Below are positions 59,930-64,000 of a stretch of DNA of 64,000 nucleotides, piece after piece (positions within the stretch are counted from its first letter, which is position 1; every line of letters starts with the position of its first letter). The stretch is from positions 930,001 to 994,000 of the forward strand of contig NZ_CP134949.1 of NCBI RefSeq assembly GCF_032116555.1. Reading direction: 5' to 3'. Under the pieces are notes generated by a model, which did no database searches, had not been told where the DNA came from, and was given only the letters and a program-made list of their open reading frames with translations. The position numbers were made by a program, and so were the translations under genes. Source of the stretch: Halorarum halobium (GTDB lineage: Archaea > Halobacteriota > Halobacteria > Halobacteriales > Haloferacaceae).

Positions 59930-60918
59930 GGCCAGTCACCCCCGTCGTCCCACACGCCGGCTCCCGGCGTTCCGTTCACGTCGGGCGCCCCGTCGGCGTC
60001 GGATCCGTCCTCGCTCGCGTTTCCGGCCGCGTCGCCCGCCTTCCCGTCCCCGCCGCTCGTCGGCTCCGCGCGCTTCTTCGGCGTCATCGGGCCGGACCGC
60101 TCGCCGGCGCGTTCGGACGTCTCCCCGACGCTGTTCGCCTGCGTGAAGCCGGGCAGCGGGATCGTCGTCGCGTCCACGATTCCGTCCTCGACGAGCGCGC
60201 CGGTCGGGCAGACGGTCGCGCAGTGGCCACAGGAGACGCACGTCGAGTCGGCCATCGTCTCCGCGTCGCTCTGGAAGCCGATGCGGGTGTCGCTCCCGGA
60301 GCCCTCCATCCGCAGGACGCCCTCGACCTGCACGTCGTTGCAGGCCTCGACACAGCGGTTACAGAGGATGCACTTGTTGCGGTCGATCGCGATGAACGGG
60401 GAGGTGTCGTCGAGCGGTTCGTACTCGTCCCGGTCGTCGAACACCCCGTAGCGCGGCTCCTCGACGCCCGCCTCGATGGCGGCGTCCTGGAGCTCACAGC
60501 GCCCGTTCTTCCCGCAGGTCGTACACCGAAGGTTGTGGTCCGAGAGCACCAGATCGAGGTTCACGTCCCGCGCCTCCGCGGCGTCGGTCGCGCCGGTCCG
60601 GACGGTCAGCCCGTCCTCGGCAGGGAAGCTACAGGCCGGGACGACGCCGTGTTCGTCGGTCGCCACCATGCACGTGCGACACTCGCTCCGGGGGCCGATT
60701 CCCTCCCTGCCGTAGTGGCACAGCGCGGCGACGTGCTCGTCGGTCTCGACCGCCTCGACGGCATCGAGCAGCGTCGCGCCCGACTCCAGCGACACGGCGG
60801 TGCCGTCCACCGTCACGGTCGCGGGCCCGTCGCTCCCGACGGCCGGGTCGGTCGCGGTCCCCGGCGCGATTCCCTCGGTCAGCGGCGGCACGTCGACGTC
60901 CCGCTCGTCGGAGCGCAC
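59926..60918 (-). CDS. [2Fe-2S]/[4Fe-4S] electron-transfer subunit (NuoG/FdsA N-terminal-like)
   Basis: CRTCMV..AC, H..RCTTC..C, CILCNRCVEAC, CVSCGHCATVCP. Confidence 0.9.
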   Translation of the reverse strand: MRSDERDVDVPPLTEGIAPGTATDPAVGSDGPATVTVDGTAVSLESGATLLDAVEAVETDEHVAALCHYGREGIGPRSECRTCMVATDEHGVVPACSFPAEDGLTVRTGATDAAEARDVNLDLVLSDHNLRCTTCGKNGRCELQDAAIEAGVEEPRYGVFDDRDEYEPLDDTSPFIAIDRNKCILCNRCVEACNDVQVEGVLRMEGSGSDTRIGFQSDAETMADSTCVSCGHCATVCPTGALVEDGIVDATTIPLPGFTQANSVGETSERAGERSGPMTPKKRAEPTSGGDGKAGDAAGNASEDGSDADGAPDVNGTPGAGVWDDGGDWP

Positions 60919-60919
60919 G

Positions 60920-62404
60920 TCAGGTCACCTCCGCCGGCTCGACACACTGGCCCGCGGGACAGCGCCCGTCCGCGTGGGCCGCGAACTCCGATTCGAACGC
61001 CGCGAGCGCGGTTCGGGCCGGTCGCCCCGCCCGGACGCCGAACGAACAGAGACTGGACGTGGCCATCACCCGGCCGAGTTCCTCGATGCCGTCGGCGTCG
61101 TACTCGCCGTCGTAGACCGCCCGCAGGAGCGCCGTGAGCTGTGTCGTCCCCTCGCGGCACGGCACGCAGCGGCCGCAGTTCCCCTCGGCCGCGAACCGCG
61201 CGCGTCGTCCGACGAACTCGACGACGCAGCTGTCCTCCGCGAGCACGTGAACCGTGCCGTCGGTCCCCAGGTTCGCGGCCGACAGCGCCTCGGGGTCGAC
61301 GCCGACGTCGAGGTCGCGCGTGAGCCCGCCGAAGCGGCCGCCCACGCAGGCGGCCTTGACCGTCCCCTCCACCTCGACCGCGTCGACCGCGTCGGCCAGG
61401 CTGTCGCTCTCCCGCAGTTCCACCGTCGCCGGCGCGGCCACGTCGCCGGTCACGGTCACCACCCGTGTTTCCGGCTCCCGTCCGTCCCTGAGCGCGATCG
61501 CGAGCTGGGCGAGCGTCCGGGAGGTGTGGACCAGCGTCGGCCGGCCGTGGAGTCCGACCTCCTCGGGGCCGGGCGGCCGGAGGCGGGCCTCCAGCCGGTG
61601 GTTGCCTTCGATCGCTTCCAGCGCCATCGTCGGTTCGGCGGCCCGGTACTCCGGCGGCCCGGCGACCACGTCGATGGGGGCCGGCGGGTCCGGGTACGTT
61701 GTTGCCGCCTCCCGGGCGGTTTCGACGGCCCGCTCGTCCGCGGCGGACGCGTACACGACGAGCCGTTCGGCGTCCACGGCCCGGGCGAGGGCGGTCGCCC
61801 CGTCGAGGACCTCGAAGGGCGCGCCGGCGAGCAGGAGCGCGTCCGCGGGGTTCCCGTGCCCGTTCACGACGACTGCGGCGTCGCCGTCACCGTCACGAAC
61901 GGTCCCCCACGTCTCCGCGAGGAACGCGTCCTGGCAGCGGTCGCCCCAGCCTCGTCCGCGGAGGCGAGTCCCGGCGTCCAGCACCGCGGCGGGGTCGGGA
62001 TTTCCGAACCCGCCCGCAGCCTCGTGGTCGGCCGGGTTCGTCGGGCGTCGCCACCCGCAGGCCGCAAGCACCGAACGATTCCCAACACCGAACCCGGGCA
62101 ACTCCGGGACGGGGAGCCGCGTCGCGTCGGGGTCGTGCTCGACGACGGCGTCCGGATCGGCCGTCGTCACGTCCCCGGCCTCCGCGACCGTCGAAACGAT
62201 CGTCTTCGCGCGCTCGGGCGGACACCGCGCGTGGAAGCCGGTCCGGCCCCGGCGCGTGACCGAGAGGAGCGGCTCGACGGCGGGGACGCCGGTCGACCCG
62301 ACCGCGAGGACCGTCGCGTCGGCGTCGGAACCCCGCAGTTCGGCTCCCTGAGCGGTCCCGGAGACCCGGACGACCGGGTCCCCCGCTGTCGATGTGAGTG
62401 TCAT
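60920..62404 (-). CDS. NuoF/FdsB-like subunit with degenerate flavin/NADH motifs
   Basis: LRGRG, SLBB-like region, CGRCVPCREG..LCSFG cluster motif. Confidence 0.85.
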   Translation of the reverse strand: MTLTSTAGDPVVRVSGTAQGAELRGSDADATVLAVGSTGVPAVEPLLSVTRRGRTGFHARCPPERAKTIVSTVAEAGDVTTADPDAVVEHDPDATRLPVPELPGFGVGNRSVLAACGWRRPTNPADHEAAGGFGNPDPAAVLDAGTRLRGRGWGDRCQDAFLAETWGTVRDGDGDAAVVVNGHGNPADALLLAGAPFEVLDGATALARAVDAERLVVYASAADERAVETAREAATTYPDPPAPIDVVAGPPEYRAAEPTMALEAIEGNHRLEARLRPPGPEEVGLHGRPTLVHTSRTLAQLAIALRDGREPETRVVTVTGDVAAPATVELRESDSLADAVDAVEVEGTVKAACVGGRFGGLTRDLDVGVDPEALSAANLGTDGTVHVLAEDSCVVEFVGRRARFAAEGNCGRCVPCREGTTQLTALLRAVYDGEYDADGIEELGRVMATSSLCSFGVRAGRPARTALAAFESEFAAHADGRCPAGQCVEPAEVT

Positions 62405-62975
62405 TTGCTACCGTCTCACGGGAAGTGGGCGCTTCAGTATGTTAAATCATCGGGGGTGGAATGAGCTTCAGTAATTACTCCGCGAGAAACGATCGTCGTT
62501 CGCGGCCGGGAGCCCATCGGCTCACGAGTCAGTCGCGTCGAGCCCGTCCCACCCTATGACACGGATGCATTCCTCCTCCGGGACGCGCTCGTCGGCGGTT
62601 CGATCGCGGGGGACGCCGGTGTGGTAGCCGGGTGCGGGAGTGGGAGCGGAAGCAGTCCGGCTACCGGTCCCGCGGCGGATGGGCCAGTGGCCGTCGCCGC
62701 GGCACGCCCGCGTCCCCGCGCCGCCGTCGGGAAACTCCCGACGTCCCGCGAGCCGGACCGATATCGGACCCGGAGCGGTCGCGATACCGCCGGGCACACT
62801 GGGGAACGCGCCCGGCGGCGCGGGTCGCCCCCGTGGGCGACTGCGTCGCGTATCCGGTTCGCGGCGTCTCGTGAGGGGGAACTGCGACACTTCACTGTAC
62901 CGCCCACGTTCTCGAAACTGATTCTTTCCGGCGCCACGGGCCGGCTTTTTGCCACGCGCCGTGCTCGTTCCCGTC

Positions 62976-64000
62976 ATGTTCGAACGGCTGTTCACGAACG
63001 CGGCGGCCCGCGACTGGGATCAGTCCCCCTCCGGCACGGTCAGGGTCGCCGTCGTGGGGCTGGGCAACTACGCGCGCTCGGTCTCGCTGCCGGCGATGGC
63101 GGACGCGACGTACTGCGAACCGACGGTCGCCGTGAGCGGCAGCGCCCGGGCGCGAACGGCCGCCTCGGAGGAGTTCGGTCTCACCGCCCTCGACTACGAC
63201 GCCTACGAGGCCGGCGGGGCGGCCGGGGAGTACGACGCGGTGTACGTGGCGACGGCGAACCGGCTCCACCTCCCGCACGTCGAGACGGCCGCGGGCCTAG
63301 GCAAGGCCGTCCTCTGTGAGAAGCCGCTGGAGGCGACCGTCGAACGGACGGAGCGGCTCGTCACGGCCTGCGAGTCGGCGGACGTCCCGCTGATGACCGC
63401 CTACCGGATGCAGGCCGACCCGGTGATGCGTCGGCTTCGGGAGTTAGTCCGCGCCGGCGGCATCGGCGACCCCGTCCGCGCGTCGGGCGACTTCACGTTC
63501 CCGCTGCTCGCGGGCGGCGGCGACCCGGACCAGTGGCGGCTCGACGCCGACCTCGCTGGCGGGGGCGCGCTCTTCGACGTCGGCGTCTACCCCCTGAACA
63601 CGACGCGCTTCCTCCTCGATGCCGACCCGCTGGCCGCGTGGGGCCACGTCAGGTCCACGAGCCCGCCGTTCGCGGACGTGGACGAGCACGTGGAGTTCGG
63701 CGTCGACTTCGGCGACTGCGTCGGGAACTTCTCCGCGTCCTTCTCGGGTCACCCCTCGACGACCCTGCGGCTCCAGGGGAGCGAGGGGACCGTCGACGTG
63801 ACCGACGCTTTCGAGCCCGGAGTCGAGCGCACGGTCGCCGTCGAGACGGACGCCGGCCGGGCGACCGTCGAGGGCGTCGGCGCGGACGAGACGCGCGAGG
63901 AGTTCGACTACTTCGCACACGCGGTGCTGACGGGCGCGGCGATCGAACCCGACGGCGCGGACGGCCTGGCCGACGTGCGAACGATGGCGACGGTGCTGGA
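62976..64000 (+). CDS. Gfo/Idh/MocA oxidoreductase (D-xylose/glucose dehydrogenase-like), runs off the window end
   Basis: Hand translation MFERLF..RDW..VRVAVVGLGNYA, LCEKPL, LMTAYRM, GGGALFDVGVYPLN; absent from ORF track because there is no stop. Confidence 0.9.
   Translation, partial: MFERLFTNAAARDWDQSPSGTVRVAVVGLGNYARSVSLPAMADATYCEPTVAVSGSARARTAASEEFGLTALDYDAYEAGGAAGEYDAVYVATANRLHLPHVETAAGLGKAVLCEKPLEATVERTERLVTACESADVPLMTAYRMQADPVMRRLRELVRAGGIGDPVRASGDFTFPLLAGGGDPDQWRLDADLAGGGALFDVGVYPLNTTRFLLDADPLAAWGHVRSTSPPFADVDEHVEFGVDFGDCVGNFSASFSGHPSTTLRLQGSEGTVDVTDAFEPGVERTVAVETDAGRATVEGVGADETREEFDYFAHAVLTGAAIEPDGADGLADVRTMATVL

Noticed and set aside
57617..60451. 944-aa plus-strand ORF
   Set aside because: Antisense shadow of fdhA and the Fe-S subunit
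62522..62995. ORFs between the FDH operon and the Gfo gene
   Set aside because: Overlapping Arg/Pro-rich frames without motifs; cannot be supported

Overview
High-GC haloarchaeal (class Halobacteria) chromosomal segment with acidic proteins and mostly leaderless-style promoters. Core and metabolic genes: pstSCAB-phoU, cdc48, larC, radB, rps8e, a polyprenyl-carrier cluster (DedA/VTT, DUF92, two complementary cis-prenyltransferase subunits), cofG, acyl-CoA dehydrogenase, an orphan 7TM-PAS histidine kinase, trxB, cysS, a J-domain-ferredoxin fusion, a CbiX/DR2241-like pair, trm112, purA, cytochrome oxidase subunit III, an aldehyde dehydrogenase, a 6-gene formate-dehydrogenase-like molybdoenzyme operon and a partial Gfo/Idh/MocA gene. 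I found no rRNA, tRNA, CRISPR array, integrase or transposase. The most unusual signal is non-coding: at least three families of modular palindromic intergenic repeats. They are built largely from C-GNA-G triloop hairpins, show flip/flop inversion of hairpin interiors between copies, carry nested 56-57 bp twin-hairpin inserts, abut stop codons, and occur as inverted pairs bracketing a lower-GC spacer or the trxB gene. All family assignments come from motif recognition by eye, not database searches; start codons are my best estimates.
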